Shown piece by piece: positions 26,141-39,585 of a stretch of 64,000 nucleotides of DNA. Position 1 is the stretch's first letter. Each line of letters starts with the position of its first letter. This DNA is from Eledone cirrhosa (lineage: Eukaryota), in contig OZ024741.1 in the NCBI GenBank assembly GCA_964016885.1, positions 404,612,001-404,676,000 on the forward strand, read 5' to 3'. A program made the position numbers and the translations under genes. The notes beneath the pieces were generated by a model that made no database searches, was not told where the DNA came from, and saw nothing but the letters and a program-made list of their open reading frames with translations.

Positions 26141-26183
26141 ACGATGCTGACGATAACAAATAAGCTTGAAACTAGTTCATCGT
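26141..26183 (+). ncRNA. type I hammerhead ribozyme, family H4 (inverted copy, stem II eroded)
   Basis: ACGATG CTGACGA taacaaataagctt GAAA CTAG TT CATCGT, inside an inverted repeat (~25690-25948 versus ~26109-26370). Confidence 0.7.
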
Positions 26184-26392
26184 TCCTTTGTTAGTGTTGA
26201 ACAAAAGAGCAACGATGATTGCCGAACACTGTACGGCTTAATTCGGGCTGTTTGTTTACAAACAAACCGAACATTATAATAAATGTTCGGTAAACCCATA
26301 CGTACATATATATATATATATGCATGTATGTATATATATATACATACTACTGTACGTCTATATACATATATGTACGTATACATACTTATATT

Positions 26393-26447
<55 letters not shown>

Positions 26448-27592
26448 GTATGTGTTTGCATGCATATATATATATTTATATATATATATACGTATGTGGT
26501 TGACGGCTGAGAAAAAGGAGTACTCAATACCGACGTCCGATCACAATGAAACCGAACACTCACTGTCACTGCCTCCGTCTCTCTTGCTCTCCCCATCTCT
26601 CATTATTATAAGCGAATGTGGGCCCACGTGCTGGCTACCTGGGTGGACAGAAGAGCCATTCCAACTCGCGAGGCGCACTGCTGTGTGTAGCCAACTCCGT
26701 GCTAATGGTGGTAAGTAGGGAGGTGGTCTTTGTCCCAAGAACACCAGAAGTCTCCACTGCTAATGATTGTAACATAGATCCCAAGGATCATGAGGTGGTA
26801 TTAAACTGGGTGACGTATTATTTCTACCACAATTTTCATCTAAAAATTCTTCTATCCTAGATTATAAGGAAAAGGACTTGTCATATAGCTCATAATAAAT
26901 GACAAACAACTCCATTCACTACTTTGTTAACAACGAAAGGACACATTTGAAAATATAGTCTTAGATATATAAAAACGGTTCGAATATTTGTATACTAAAC
27001 AAAAGCTCAAAATGTTACTATCAAAATTAATCTGTCTTATATTCATTCCCACAAACTTTACTGGCTAAATCACATAAAACAAATGTCCATAACCTATCGA
27101 ACTCCAAGCAAGAATATGTCCTGAAATTATGTCTACGCCATTTTAACATAAAATAAAAACCATCGGCACTTAAAAAGACTTCTCTTTTTTTTTCTGAATT
27201 CCTGCCAGTCTTTTTCGATTATTTTCTATTTCTGTAACAAATAAGATTACAAAGATCAGCAATGTTATATTTATTAAAAGACAATGAGAAAAGTGGCAGG
27301 CAATGGTCAGAAGCAACGTATGAGAAACAGGCCTTGCGGAAATTGTGTGTAAGAAATGTATGGAGACGGAAGTCATAGAGGCGCCTTGGTGTTATACGTT
27401 GTGCCTTATAACACTAAGGCGCCTCTTTTTAAACACGGTGTTTCCCATCACTCTATTGGTCTGACCACAGCCGATTTCTTCCACAGAAGGAGAGAGGGAG
27501 AGAGAGAAGAAATATGAAAGATATATATATATATAAGGCTCTGATACCATCAACACCATAAACACAGAGCTGGCATATCTAGGAACTGACTA

Positions 27593-27648
27593 ACTGCCTG
27601 GTGAGGTCATAGCCATTCAATGGCTATCATCGAAATATATATAGCAGT
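27593..27648 (+). ncRNA. hammerhead family H3 copy with core substitution (CUGGUGA), probably inactive
   Basis: ACTGC CTGGTGA GGTCATAGCCA-ttcaa-TGGCTATCATC GAAA TATATA TA GCAGT. Confidence 0.7.
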
Positions 27649-27692
27649 AAATAAAGGATTATGAGTTCATGCAATTGACTTATGTTTCGTCA

Positions 27693-27784
<92 letters not shown>

Positions 27785-27832
27785 GAAAGAGTGAAGAATA
27801 ACATGGTCGGCTGTATAAAAAGGGTTTTATTT

Positions 27833-27947
27833 ACAGTATTAACAATTGTTTCATTGATCAGGTGAGTCTAAAGGCCGCTGATCACTCGGAATTGCGTCAC
27901 TCGACCTTAAATACACTGTGTGTCTGATCAAATCATCGGAATACTGT
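27833..27947 (-). ncRNA. hammerhead-like motif, family H5 (CCGAUGA core, long helix II)
   Basis: Minus strand: ACAGUAUU CCGAUGA U-UUGAUCAG ..~60 nt.. CUGAUCAA-U GAAA CAAUUG UU AAUACUGU. Stem I and stem II are each 8 bp. Confidence 0.65.
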
Positions 27948-28165
27948 ATTCCGATGATTTGATCAGAGACGCACATATATATATATATATATGTTATTCT
28001 TCACTCTTTCACTACTATTACTCGAAGAATAACCTGCATGAGAATTCTCGCGAACTCGCCACCTAACGAAGGAAATCTCTTGTTTAGTCCGACAACGCCG
28101 TACGTTAAAACTATCCACAACCTCTAACTGGATTACTGGATTACCTAAAACGATAACTTGTTATC

Positions 28166-28217
<52 letters not shown>

Positions 28218-29946
28218 GGGGGGGAGAAATAAGAATGGAGTGTAGATGGAGAATCGATCCCATTACTGGAGTGGTCCATTTTTATCGATCTCTAAAATAT
28301 TGGTTTCTGATTTAGATATAAGGCCAACTAATTTGGGGGAATTGAAAAGTTGATTAGTTCGACTCCAGTTCATTACTGGTATTTGATTTTATCGACCACG
28401 AAAGGATGAAAGGCAAAGCTAACTTCGGCGGGATTTGGAATCATAATGTAAAGGGTCGTAACTCTATTCTACAAAGCATTTTGTCCGACGCTCTACCGAG
28501 TGTGACAATCCAATGAAAAGCAAAGTTGTCTTCCGTAGAATTCCAACTCAGAGAATGCAGAAAGCCAGAACACGTAGAGCAATATACGCCTATGCTGTAA
28601 CGTTCTAACTCTGCCAATTGACAGACAACGTTAATAGTTGGAAATATATGAAACGTGACAGAGACTGCTCCACTGGAAATAACCAGATGATAGCAAATAG
28701 TATTAATTACTTGTTTCTACTTTAGGCACAAGGCCAGCAATTACCCAGTGCATTACTGGTACTTTATTTTATCGACCCCGTAAGGATGAAAGGCAAAGTC
28801 AACCTCGGCGGGATTTGAACTCAGATCGTAAAGGGACGTATGATTGATGGTTATACATGTTTTATATATTGGTAGACTGTTTGAGAGAGAGAGGGACAGG
28901 AATACAGAGAGAGAGAGAAGGTGAGAGAGACAGACAGAGAGAGAGAGAGGGGGAGAGAGAGATAGAGAGAGAGAGAGATATGCAGAAGCAGAGAGAGAGA
29001 GGCACAGAGACAGAGAGACAGAGGGAGATTGAGAGATAGAATTAGAGAAACAATGAGAGGGAACTATATAGTGGATACTAAGCTGTTTCATATTAAATAA
29101 ATCTTTTGTGTCGGCAGTACGTCACCTATCAAACAGCAGACGACAACTTTCAACGAAAGCTTTGAATAAAACTCTCGCCATATTTAGATGCCGAGCTGGT
29201 AGATTCTATTTGTTCTCCTTTGTATTTCCACTGACGGTTGCCTATTGATTAATCACACATTCACTACAAAGTGATATCAAACACTTATGAGTGTATAGAT
29301 TTATATATCATTTGATAAATATTATTGATACAAATGAACATATAAAACATTATAACTTTATATATTTGCACTGGATGAATATCTGGGTGTATAAACACAG
29401 ATGTGCACACAATTTACACCAGCCTCAAATATATATATATAGATATATATATATAATAGATAACGACGGAAGTGTGGTAATGAACCAGGTGGAGCTGGTT
29501 CATTACCACATTTCAACGGCTATTTCTGGAAATTTCCAGAAATAGCCATCAAAAAGGCTTGAGCTCTGCCGTCGGGTTCCTGACCCTTTTCCTATATATA
29601 TAATAGATATATTCTCGAGGGATGTCAGACGGCGACTACAGTTAAATGAGGTACGTAATACGTTAGTACAGCAGAGGCATGTTTATATTATATAGAAATA
29701 ACTTCTACGGGACTAGAACTGTTACATTCAGGAAATCCTGATGGTGCCATACGAACGAAACAGTTCTAGTCCTGCAATAGACATTTCTATGCATTATACG
29801 TCCCTTTACGATCTCAGTTCAAATGCCGCCGAGGTTAACTTTACCTTTCATCTTTACGGGGTCGATAAAATAAAGTACCAGTAATACACTGGGGTATTTG
29901 CTGGCCTTGTGCCAAAAGTAGAAACAATTATATATATATATATATA

Positions 29947-30523
29947 ACGAAGGAAATGTGGTAAGGAACCAGGTGGACCATAACGCACCAAAGTACTCAA
30001 TACTTAGGGTAGTAGAGTGGGTAATAGGAACAAGTAAGACCCCGACGGCTGAGCTCAAGCCGTTTCGACGGCTAATTCTGTACTGAATGAAAAATTAATT
30101 CTGGTATTTAAATAGCCGAACTTATCAAGGGGTAATTCCATATATGGTCAAAGAGATAATCACCAGGATTGGTCACATCACAAGTTAGTAGTAAATCTGT
30201 GATGGCAAGTTGGTGGGGGAAGGGGTAGCTAAACCTGCCAGTAGGAGAAAAGGGGAGAGGGGGTGGAGTAGACCCATTCATGCGTTGGTAGTGCCAGCTA
30301 CAGCTGGGTGTGAGGTCAAAGAAGATACTGGGGGGGGGGGGGAAGAGGTCGAAACGGTAAGTAGAACAATAGGTAAAACTGTAAAAGGTACTGAGAGAGA
30401 AAAAAAAATATAAGCAAAATCTGGTTACTAAAACTTAAGTCTCTCGCTATTGCTAGGCTGAAGAAATCCATAAATAAATAAATAAACAAAGAAGTGAATA
30501 AAAGAATAGATAAATAAATTAAA

Positions 30524-30559
<36 letters not shown>

Positions 30560-31400
30560 GTAGAATAAAGAAGTAAATGATAATAATAGAAAAAAACTAG
30601 GTGGGACGGAAATAAAGGGACCCTTATACGAGGTATAAGTGCGTGCATCGTACGGTGACGGGTCAACAAAAGGGGGGCCAGAATACTAAAGAGACTACCA
30701 CGAAAATAATAAAGGTTTCTACCACAAACACAGGGCCAGCAACCACCCAGTGCAAGAAAGTAAACTAGTACGAGAATATAATTCAGGGTCCCGCAAAAAA
30801 ATACTGGTGCTAACTCTAAGGGTACCGCCACGAAACAAAAGGTCTTATACAAGCTACATGAAAGATCGTACGAAATAAAAGTAAAGAACGGAAAATTAAT
30901 ACAGGAACACCCCCCCCCCCCAAAAAAAAAAAGAGAAAAAGAAAAAAGAGATACTGGATAAACGAGAAATTAAAGCAAAGATGCCACTAAGAAATATAGA
31001 AGGCACGGAAAAAGGGGACAGCGGTCGGAGAAGGGGGCGAGTATCCGAAGTCTAACACCTCTGCTATAAAAAGCGGAGTCAGCCACATCTATCATAGAAT
31101 AAGGGAGGGGGTTGGGGTGCTGAAGCTACAAGGGACCGATGGGCTACCTCGGGTGGGCGAGAAAGAGACGACGACAAAGAAAGGGAACTGATGTAGAAGG
31201 ACTAGGGAGGGATGGGGGGAAGGAGGAAATATAGAGGAAGTGATAAAAGAATGTAAAAGAAGATCTTACGTCTCCATAGGCAAGCAGGGGTTACCCATTA
31301 CAAAATAGGCAAGTGGGGTGTTATAGCCCTAGGCTACCCCCCCCCTGGGTCATTATGGGGTTTGAGGGCGAGGTAAGTCCTACGTAATCGGTGTTTACAT
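29947..31400 (-). mobile_element. probable PLE-derived 3'/pLTR segment carrying H1, abutting Tx1 copy D
   Basis: Begins at (TA)n with the same terminus as the other H1 copies and extends beyond them. No convincing ORF, and the distal boundary is uncertain. Confidence 0.45.
30039..30133 (-). ncRNA. type I hammerhead ribozyme with U3-A8 core, family H1
   Basis: Minus strand: ACCCC UUGAUAA GUUCGGCUA ..AU-rich.. UAGCCGUC GAA ACGGCU-ugagcuc-AGCCGU C GGGGU. The GUC cleavage site is at 30044. Confidence 0.8.
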
Positions 31401-31409
31401 GCAGTAACC

Positions 31410-34400
31410 AGTTCATCTTTCTGGCCCCTTCTTGGCCCTTTCTTGGCTGGCCGCGTCTGTCCTCGTCGGAATCGAGGACAAAACAACTGTACTGCAAGTA
31501 CAGAAAAAGGTAAGAGAAGATTGGGTCGGCACCTCAATTGAGATGTTAATCCAAACCAACCAAGAGTGCATCGAAGCTATCCCGGATGTGATAGACTTCG
31601 ATAACGGCACTCAACTGCCCATAAGTGTTGAGGGCAAACGCCCGAAATGCTTTCGCTGTGGATCGAAGACTCACCCCAGGGCCTTCTGCAACGAGAAGAC
31701 ACTGAGAAGGAGAAAACCCCCCTCCTTCCGAAACCGGCTCCACGGCTATCGGCAACAGGACAAGCGGCAACCAAGAACGATAGGTCCATGGCACCCATAC
31801 CCACGCCACGGAAATCAAGAACAGCAGCAGCAGTGGAAGTATTAACAACAACAACAGTAATACCAAATGCAGCTGCAACAGAGACTCCACTGCAAACATC
31901 ACCAACAACAACAAGTGAAAGAGTGGAGCTGGTACCCCTCCCCAACATCACAGAATCAGACATGGAGTGTGAGGTGGGAGAGGGATGGCAAAAGGTCGTA
32001 AGAAGGCACAAACGCAGAAGCAGCGCATCGTCGCCTTCGAAAAGGGAGGAAAGAAATGAAAAAAGGGTAAAGGCTACTGCAAAGAGACTCACAGCAGCAA
32101 CACCACCAACACCATCACCACCCACACTAGCACCACCATCACCACCGGCGACAAACCCACCGCCAACAACAACAACACCTTCAACACCACCACCACAAGC
32201 ACCAACATCGCAAACACAACAACCAAACACACACACCCAGCAACAACGACAAGAAAATAGCAGAACCACACCCCACCCCAAGAAAAACAAATGCACGGCA
32301 ATAAATACACACAACAAGAAACTAAAGACTTACATAATTGAACACACAGAAATTTCACAGCACGACTACATAATACCAGCACCAATCAAAACGCCAACGA
32401 ACATAAGACAGCTAAAAATAGCACAGAAGCAATACACAAACATTAAAACGAAATTCCCCAACGCAGTTGGTGATTTCAGAGACCTAGGAGGGACTCTCAA
32501 CCGGAGAGTATATTCAGACATACTCATAGAAGAGCCGATGACGAGCCGAAGGGACGATTCAACGGTCCCTTCACCAGACGTTCAAGTGAAAAGGGATGGA
32601 CAAACCATCCTTCCTCTACGAAAAGTACGGTAAGTGGTCTTTCCCATCTTTTCCACTCTATTTTAAACATGACCTCACTCAGAATAGGCAGCATAAATGC
32701 GCGTGGCTTGGGGTCGTCATGGAAGCAGGGTCACCTGCTCAACGACCTCAGGTCACTAAACATAGATGTAGTGGCCATCAGCGAGACCAGAATCTCCGAA
32801 GCACGGGCCTTCGCACCGATCTTCGGCGGCTACGATGTGTACGCATCTCCCAGACGTCCTGGATAGGGGGGAGGAGTTGCTGTGATTTTTCGGAGAGGTT
32901 TGGATCTCGCCATACGGGCCATCTTCCTGGACCCAGAGGGTAAGTTGGTGGTACTGGACGTGACCAGCAGAGACGGGCAAGCGTTCAGGCTAGTGGCCGT
33001 CTATGCCCCGACAGGAGCAGGGCGGCCTGATTTCTTCCGGCGTCTGGAGACCTTTCTTGGAACGTCCCGCTCTTTAGTGTTAGTGGGCGACTGGAACGGG
33101 ATCTTAGATGCACGCTGGGACTGTGTGGGATTAACGGATAGGGGTGGATGGTGCAAGAGCCTCACCAACCTGCTCAGGCGTTTTGAACTGTCTGAGAGGT
33201 ACTGATTGGATTTCCCGAATGTGCCAATGTGAACTTGGACAAATCGCATAGGGTCATCCAGATCATATCTAGATAGAGTATTTTGTAGGAAATAGATAGG
33301 TCTAGCATATGGTGTCCACAATTCAAGATAGTCAGCTACACGGACCACAAATTCGTGATCTGTGTGCTTGACTTAGATAGGCTTCATAGACGAAGACCTG
33401 GCTACTGGAAGCTAAACGCGTCCTTACCGAGACCTACAGAGACCGGATTAGCGAACTAGTTAAGCGGGCGTTGACGGGGGCCATCGTCAACAAGAAGTTG
33501 TGGTTTGCTCTGAAAAGAGCGATTAGAATAGAATCCATTAGGTTTAGTAAGGCTTTAGCAATAGAGAAAAATAGAGCAGAGGGAGAACTAGTTAGAAAAT
33601 TAGACGAGGCGCTTAGCAAAGACATCGCGACCGACGTGCTTGCGGCGAAATTGGCCCTTGACCAATTCTTCAATGCAAAGCACGAAGGCTGCGTTGTCAG
33701 AGCTATGGTGCGTGCTCTCAGACACGAGGGGACGAAAGCCGTTCAATGGGCTCGAGTGGCGGAGGCGCGTTATGGCAACAAAGCCACGATCCGCTCTTTG
33801 GTGGACCACGACGGGCGCATGCTACTCGATCCCGGGCAAATGTGTCAAGCTTTTCAGCGACACTTCGCTCAGGGGTTCGGGTGCAGCGGTGGGCCGGGTC
33901 GAGGGATGGACTTTAGTGTCTACCTCGACGGACTGCCGCGGCTCTCGGCCACTGAGGCGGAGTTTTGCGAAAAGCCGATAACAGCCGCTGAAGTAGGGGA
34001 GGCAATGACTGGCTGCACAAGGGGTAAATCTCCTGGTTTGGATGGTATGCCCTATGAACTTTACGTACAGATGCCAGACTTGTTTGGAGGCCTCTTGGCG
34101 GACGTCTACTGCAACTGGCAACAGAACGGGAGAATTCCCAGCTCTGTGAGCCGAGCAGCGGTGGAACTGCTGAGAAAGGATCCGAACAAGGGGGATAACA
34201 TAAATTATTTCAGGCCCATAACTCTGCTAAACACAGAGTTCAAGATTTTGTCCAAGGTGCTAGCAAAGAGGTTGGCGCTTGTCGTTGGTGGTCTGGTGGG
34301 AGAGGCGCAGACATGCGCCATTCCCGACAGATCCATCCACGACAACGTCCACCTCATGCGATACATCGTAGAGAGGGTAGCTAGGGAACCTGGCACAGGT

Positions 34401-36307
34401 GGGTCCTTGATCAATTTAGATCAGTCGAAAGCTTTCGATAGGGTTGACCATCGTTACCTAGCGGCAGTCCTGAGGGCGGCTGGCTTTGGGCCCATCTTCA
34501 GAGGCTGGATCGCTGACATGCAGAGCGACATCTGCTCTGTGGTGAGAGTGAACGGTCACCTTTCGGAACCGTTCAACATCATACGCTCGGTCCGCCAAGG
34601 ATGTCCCCTCTCGTCCCTCTTGTACGTATTGACTCTCAAGCCATTACTGCACAAACTTGAGACTTTGAGGGGGGTCCCGCGCGAACTAGGATGCGGAAGA
34701 TCCGTGTCAGCATATGCGGACGATGTCACCGTAGTGGTGTCGAACGCCAAACACATCGAGGCGATCGGCACTACACTAAGAGAATACGAAGCGGTGACAG
34801 GAGCAATGATCAACCAGGAAAAGTCAGTAGGCCTGCAGCTCGGCACCTGGAGAGGCAGGTCCATGCCGTCCAACAGCGTCGTCGGGCGCTGGACGGACGG
34901 ACCAGTTAAATTGCTCGGAGTGTGGTTCTGTCCGGATCTCCAGACGGACAAAACTGGGACGAGGTAACGAGCAGGGTGGCTTCTCTCATCCAGAAATGGG
35001 CCGAGAGGAAGCTATCCCTGAAAGGTCGAGCGGAGGTGGCTAAGCGTATATCGCGTCCGTCATCTACTACCGCCTGACCGTCGTACCTTGTCCTAAGCCC
35101 CGCCTGACTGCGCTGGAACGTTTGCTCTTTCGCTTTTTGTGGAAGGGACGCGCTCCGATGGTCAGTCGGTCCATCTTCTGTCAACACCCGCTACGTGGAG
35201 GGCTGGGATTGCCGTGGCTGATGATGCGCAGACACACGCTCAGGCTACGACATCTCCACCTCTTCCTCGACGGTGATCAGGTGTGGTCTCCGTTTGCTAG
35301 ACACGTCTTTCCCCAGCTCGTCTCCTTGACGGAGCTGCAGTCCTGGGTCAAGCGAAAACCGAGAGGGAGCGCTTGGAGACTGGAATTCTTCAGGCGCTCA
35401 CAGCCCTCGACCAATCGGGCAATGTGATCGATGGAATCTCCACCTTGGCGTTCTATAGAGGATTAGTGGAGGTGAAGAGCGACGACGTACTTGGGGAACC
35501 TCTAGGCGTCGACGAAAATAAACTAGCCAATCTCTTTGGAAGAACTTTCGGGCCGGGGCCTATGGACAACTTCCAGAAATCCCTGGCCTGGCAGTGCTAC
35601 CGAGGAACTTTGCCAGTTCGGGATAAACTCTACAGGCATGGAGGTGCCGTCAGCCGGGCATGTCCGAGATGCGCGCACTCGTCCAGTGTCCGAAAATTGC
35701 TGGCTCGTGGGTTTATGTCGAACACCTGCTGTCGCGTGTAGGACGGATCCGGCTATCATCTGAGTTCATCGTGAGGATTGCCACGCCCTCCTCCTTTAGC
35801 CGGGAAGGGCAGGCAGTTTTTATCTGTCTGGTGGTCATGGCGAAAGAGATAGTATGGTGGACACGTTTGAAAGGGCTGAAGACGAGCACTTACCTCTTCG
35901 GTGATGCCCTGATTGACTTTTTCAAATTTCATTTGAAAAGGAAAATCAGAGTAGAGAGGGAAGTGCTCTCTTCCCAGCATTTTGTTGAAAGATGGGTGAG
36001 AGAAGCAAGAATGGCCCGAGTGAATGGGCCTACTCTGAGTATATATCTGTAAATTAAAGGTGGAAAACTTGGAGAGGGCACTTGCCTTGGTGGTCAGGGT
36101 CACTGTGGCCTTTTACTGGGCTTTCTTCACAAATGTCCCTCTGAAGTCTCCCCCCTATTGGGGAATTTTTCATTGTTATTTTTTGTTACATCCTCTGTTT
36201 TTGTTTTTTACACGCAGAAATGCCCATTTGTACCGTCCTGTATTGTCCTGCACTGTCCTTAATGTCTACTTTATGTATACCCTTGTGGTTAATAAAGAAA
36301 TCATTAA

Positions 36308-36350
<43 letters not shown>
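31410..36350 (+). mobile_element. L1/Tx1-type LINE copy D, truncated in ORF1, with (ATT)n tail
   Basis: ORF1 remnant 31432-32633 has a CCHC knuckle. ORF2 runs from MTSLRIGSINARGL (32669) through APE, RT (YADD) and the C-terminus (36052), with stops and frameshifts. The tail is at 36302-36350. Confidence 0.92.
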
Positions 36351-36352
<2 letters not shown>

Positions 36353-36513
36353 TTTCGAAGTAATGGGTGTCATGAATGATACATAATGAAACATATGTCT
36401 TGTCTCTAAAAACAACTCAAGATGAAATTCAGAGAATAAAATCGAGCCTTAATCATTATAAGAAAGTGATTGAAATATATTCATACACAATCAAGTGTGC
36501 AGTAGGACATATC

Positions 36514-36769
36514 AACACATAGAACTAGAGACAATCTACACTGAAAGTAAGACTACATAATTCATTGAGTATCTTATTAAATTTAATTAAAAATTTAAAA
36601 CAAAATACCTGATAACGATCAAATATATTTCCCTCATTTTCCCTCATTGAGGGAAATATATTTGATCGTTATCAGGTATTATCTTTTAAATTTTTTATTA
36701 AATTTAATAAGATACTTACGAATTATGTAGTCTTTCTTTCAGTGTAGATTGTCTCTAGTTCTATGTGTT
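36514..36769. repeat. imperfect long palindrome (~120-bp arms)
   Basis: aacacatagaactagagacaatctacactgaaag... is mirrored by ...ctttcagtgtagattgtctctagttctatgtgtt. The centre is near ccctcat/tgaggg. Confidence 0.85.
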
Positions 36770-37065
36770 ACTGCACTCTTAACTGTGTATGAATATATTT
36801 CAATCTCTTTCTTATATATATATATATATATATATTGTAGGCCCCCTTCAGTCACGATTGGCCATGGTTTTGCAGCTGCAAAGTTCCTCTTCGAAGCTCA
36901 AGCTGGGGCAATGTAGAAGACCAGACTTCACCTACACATACCAGTCCCCCTTCTCCACGCCACCAATATTGTCCAAGACCTCGGTACCAGTGACGTCACA
37001 AAAACCACTGTATATACACTCTATATTCAATACATACACTATATATGATGTTGTCTGAGGGAAAG

Positions 37066-37117
37066 GGCTTCCCTGATGATTCCTTTTGAATGAAACTCTT
37101 CTAGTTCTGTAGAAGCC
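37066..37117 (+). ncRNA. degenerate hammerhead, family H6
   Basis: GGCTTC(c) CTGATGA ttccttttgaat GAAA ctcttctagttctg TA GAAGCC. Confidence 0.55.
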
Positions 37118-37392
37118 ATTTCTATATTAAAGTCAATATATATATATATATATATGTTTGGCAAGGTTTTTGATATGAAATCGTGTGACGAAACAAATAT
37201 TGTTATACGTGGGGAGGGTGGTATTGTTATAATATTGCCAGCAATAGTGTGTTCTGTTATTATTTCTGGCAGTATTGTAACAATATGACCCTCCCCAAGT
37301 ATAACGATATATATATAAAGAGAAAGTGTGAGAAATGTATAAATACATACACATATACACACACACATATGTATATACATATACACACACAC

Positions 37393-37425
<33 letters not shown>

Positions 37426-37891
37426 TAATTAGAAAGTGTGAGAAATATAAAAACACATATACGTATATAGTGAAACTCAAATTAGAAATTGATAAATTAT
37501 TCCGCTCATTAAACAATTTTGATACCATTTCTACTACACAGTCGGACGCTGTGAGAATCAATATTTTATCTAGCTTTATCGATTAGATATCAGCTAAGAT
37601 ATTTTCGATAATAGTATCACTATATATATCTTTTGCCAAAAACTGCGGGTGGTAGTCAAGTGAAATTTCTCACTTCTCATTCACCATCAAAATATTTTAG
37701 TTTGACCTTTTATATTCCATTGGTATTCTTCTTGTTTAGCTTCTCACTTATTAACTACTCCATATACAATTTATCATCCGAACGAAGAATCACTGTTTGT
37801 TTGCAGATTGTTTGTTTAGAGTTTTATTGTTGTTCAGTTATCGATATTGTTGGCAATGTGGGTTGTATTTTTGTCTTAATTCTAAGCTGAT

Positions 37892-39585
37892 TGTAGCTAG
37901 CCGTAGCTGGTCGTAGCTGGCCGTAGCTGGTCGTAGCTGGTTGTAGCTTGTCGTAGCTGGCCGTAGCTGGTCGTAGCCGGTTGTAACAGGTCGTAGCTGG
38001 TTGTAACAGGTCGTAGCTGGTCGTAGCTGGTCGTAGCTGGTTGTAGCTGGTTGTAGTTGGTCGTAGCTGGTCGTAGCTGGTTGTAGTTGGTCGTAGCTGG
38101 CCGTAGCTAGTCGGAGCTGGTCGTAGCTGGTTGTAGGTGGTGGTAGCTGGCCGGAGCTGGTCGTAGCTGGTCGTAGCTAGTTGTAGCTGGTCGTAGCTGG
38201 TTGTAGCTGGTCGTAGCTGGTTGTAGCTGGTCGTAGCTGGTTGTAGCTAGTCGTAGCTGGTCGTACCTGGTCGTAGCTGGTTGTCGCTGGTCGTAGCTGT
38301 TTGTAGCTAGTGGTAGCTTATCGTAGCTGGTCGTAGCTGGTCGTAGCTGGTCGTAGCTGGTCATAGCTGGTCGTAACTGGTCGTAGCTGGTGGTAAGCTA
38401 ACCGCAGCTGGTCGTAGCTGGTGGTAGCTGGTTGTAGCTAGTGGTAGCTGGTTGTAGCTTGTCGTAGCTGGTCGTAGCTGGCTGTAGATAGTCGTAGCTG
38501 GTCGTAGCTGGTGTAGCTGGTCGTAGCTGGTTGTAGCTGGTTGTAGTTGGTCGTAGTTGGTGGTAGCTGGTTGTAGCTAGTCGTAGCTGGCCGTAGCTGG
38601 TCGTAGCTGGTTGTAGCTGGTGTAGCTGGTCGTAGCTGGCCGTAGCTGGTTGTAGCTGGTTGTAGTTGGTCGTAGCTGGTCGTAGCTTGTCGTAGCTGGT
38701 TGCAGCTGGTCGTAGCTAGTCGTCGCTGGTTGTAGCTTGTTGTAGCTGGTCATAGCTGGTTGTAGCTGGTTGTAGCTTGCCGTAGCTGGTCGTAGGTAGT
38801 CGTAGCTGGTCGTAGCTAGTCGTCGCTGGTTGTAGCTGGTTGTAGCTTGTCATAGCTAGTTGCAGCTGGTTGTAGCTTGCCGTAGCTGGTCGTAGCTGGT
38901 CGTAGCTGGTCGTAGCTGGTTGTAGCTAATCGTAGCTGGTTGTAGCTGGTCGTAGTTGGTGGTAGATGGTTGTAGCTAGTCGTAGCTGGTCGTAGCTGGT
39001 CGTAGCTGGTTGTAGCTAGTCGTAGCTGGTTGTAGCTGGTTGTAGCTGGTTGTAGTTGGTCGTAGCTGGTCGTAGCTTGTCGTAGCTGGTTGTAGCTGGT
39101 CGTCGCTGGTTGTAGCTGGTTGTAGCTTGTCATAGCTGGTTGCAGCTGGTTGTAGCTGGTCGTAGCTGGCCATAGCTGGTCGTAGCTGTTTGTAGCTGGT
39201 TGTAGCTGGTCGTAGCTGGTTTTAGCTGGCCGTAGCTGGTTGTAGTTAGTTATAGCTGGTCGTAGCTGGTTGTAGCTGGTTGTAGCTGTTCGTAGCTGGT
39301 CGTAGCTGGTCGTAGCTGTTTGTAGCTTGTCGTAGCTGCCCGTAGCTGGCTGTAGCTGTTTGTAGCTGGTTGTAGCTGGTTGTAGCTGGTCGTACCTGGT
39401 CGTAGCTGGTTGTAGCTTGTCGTAGCTGGCCGTAGCTGGTCGTAGCTGGTTGTAGCTGGTCGGAGCTGGTCGTAGCTGGTTGTAGCTGGTCGTAGCTGGT
39501 TGTAGCTGGTCGTAGCTGGTCGTAGCTTGTCATAGCTGGTTGTAGCTTGTCGTAGCTGCCCGTAGTTGGTTGTAGCTGGTTGTAG
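37892..39585. repeat. 10-bp satellite (GTAGCTGGTY)n, ~1.7 kb
   Basis: About 170 tandem units of gtagctggtc/gtagctggtt with point variants. Confidence 0.97.
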
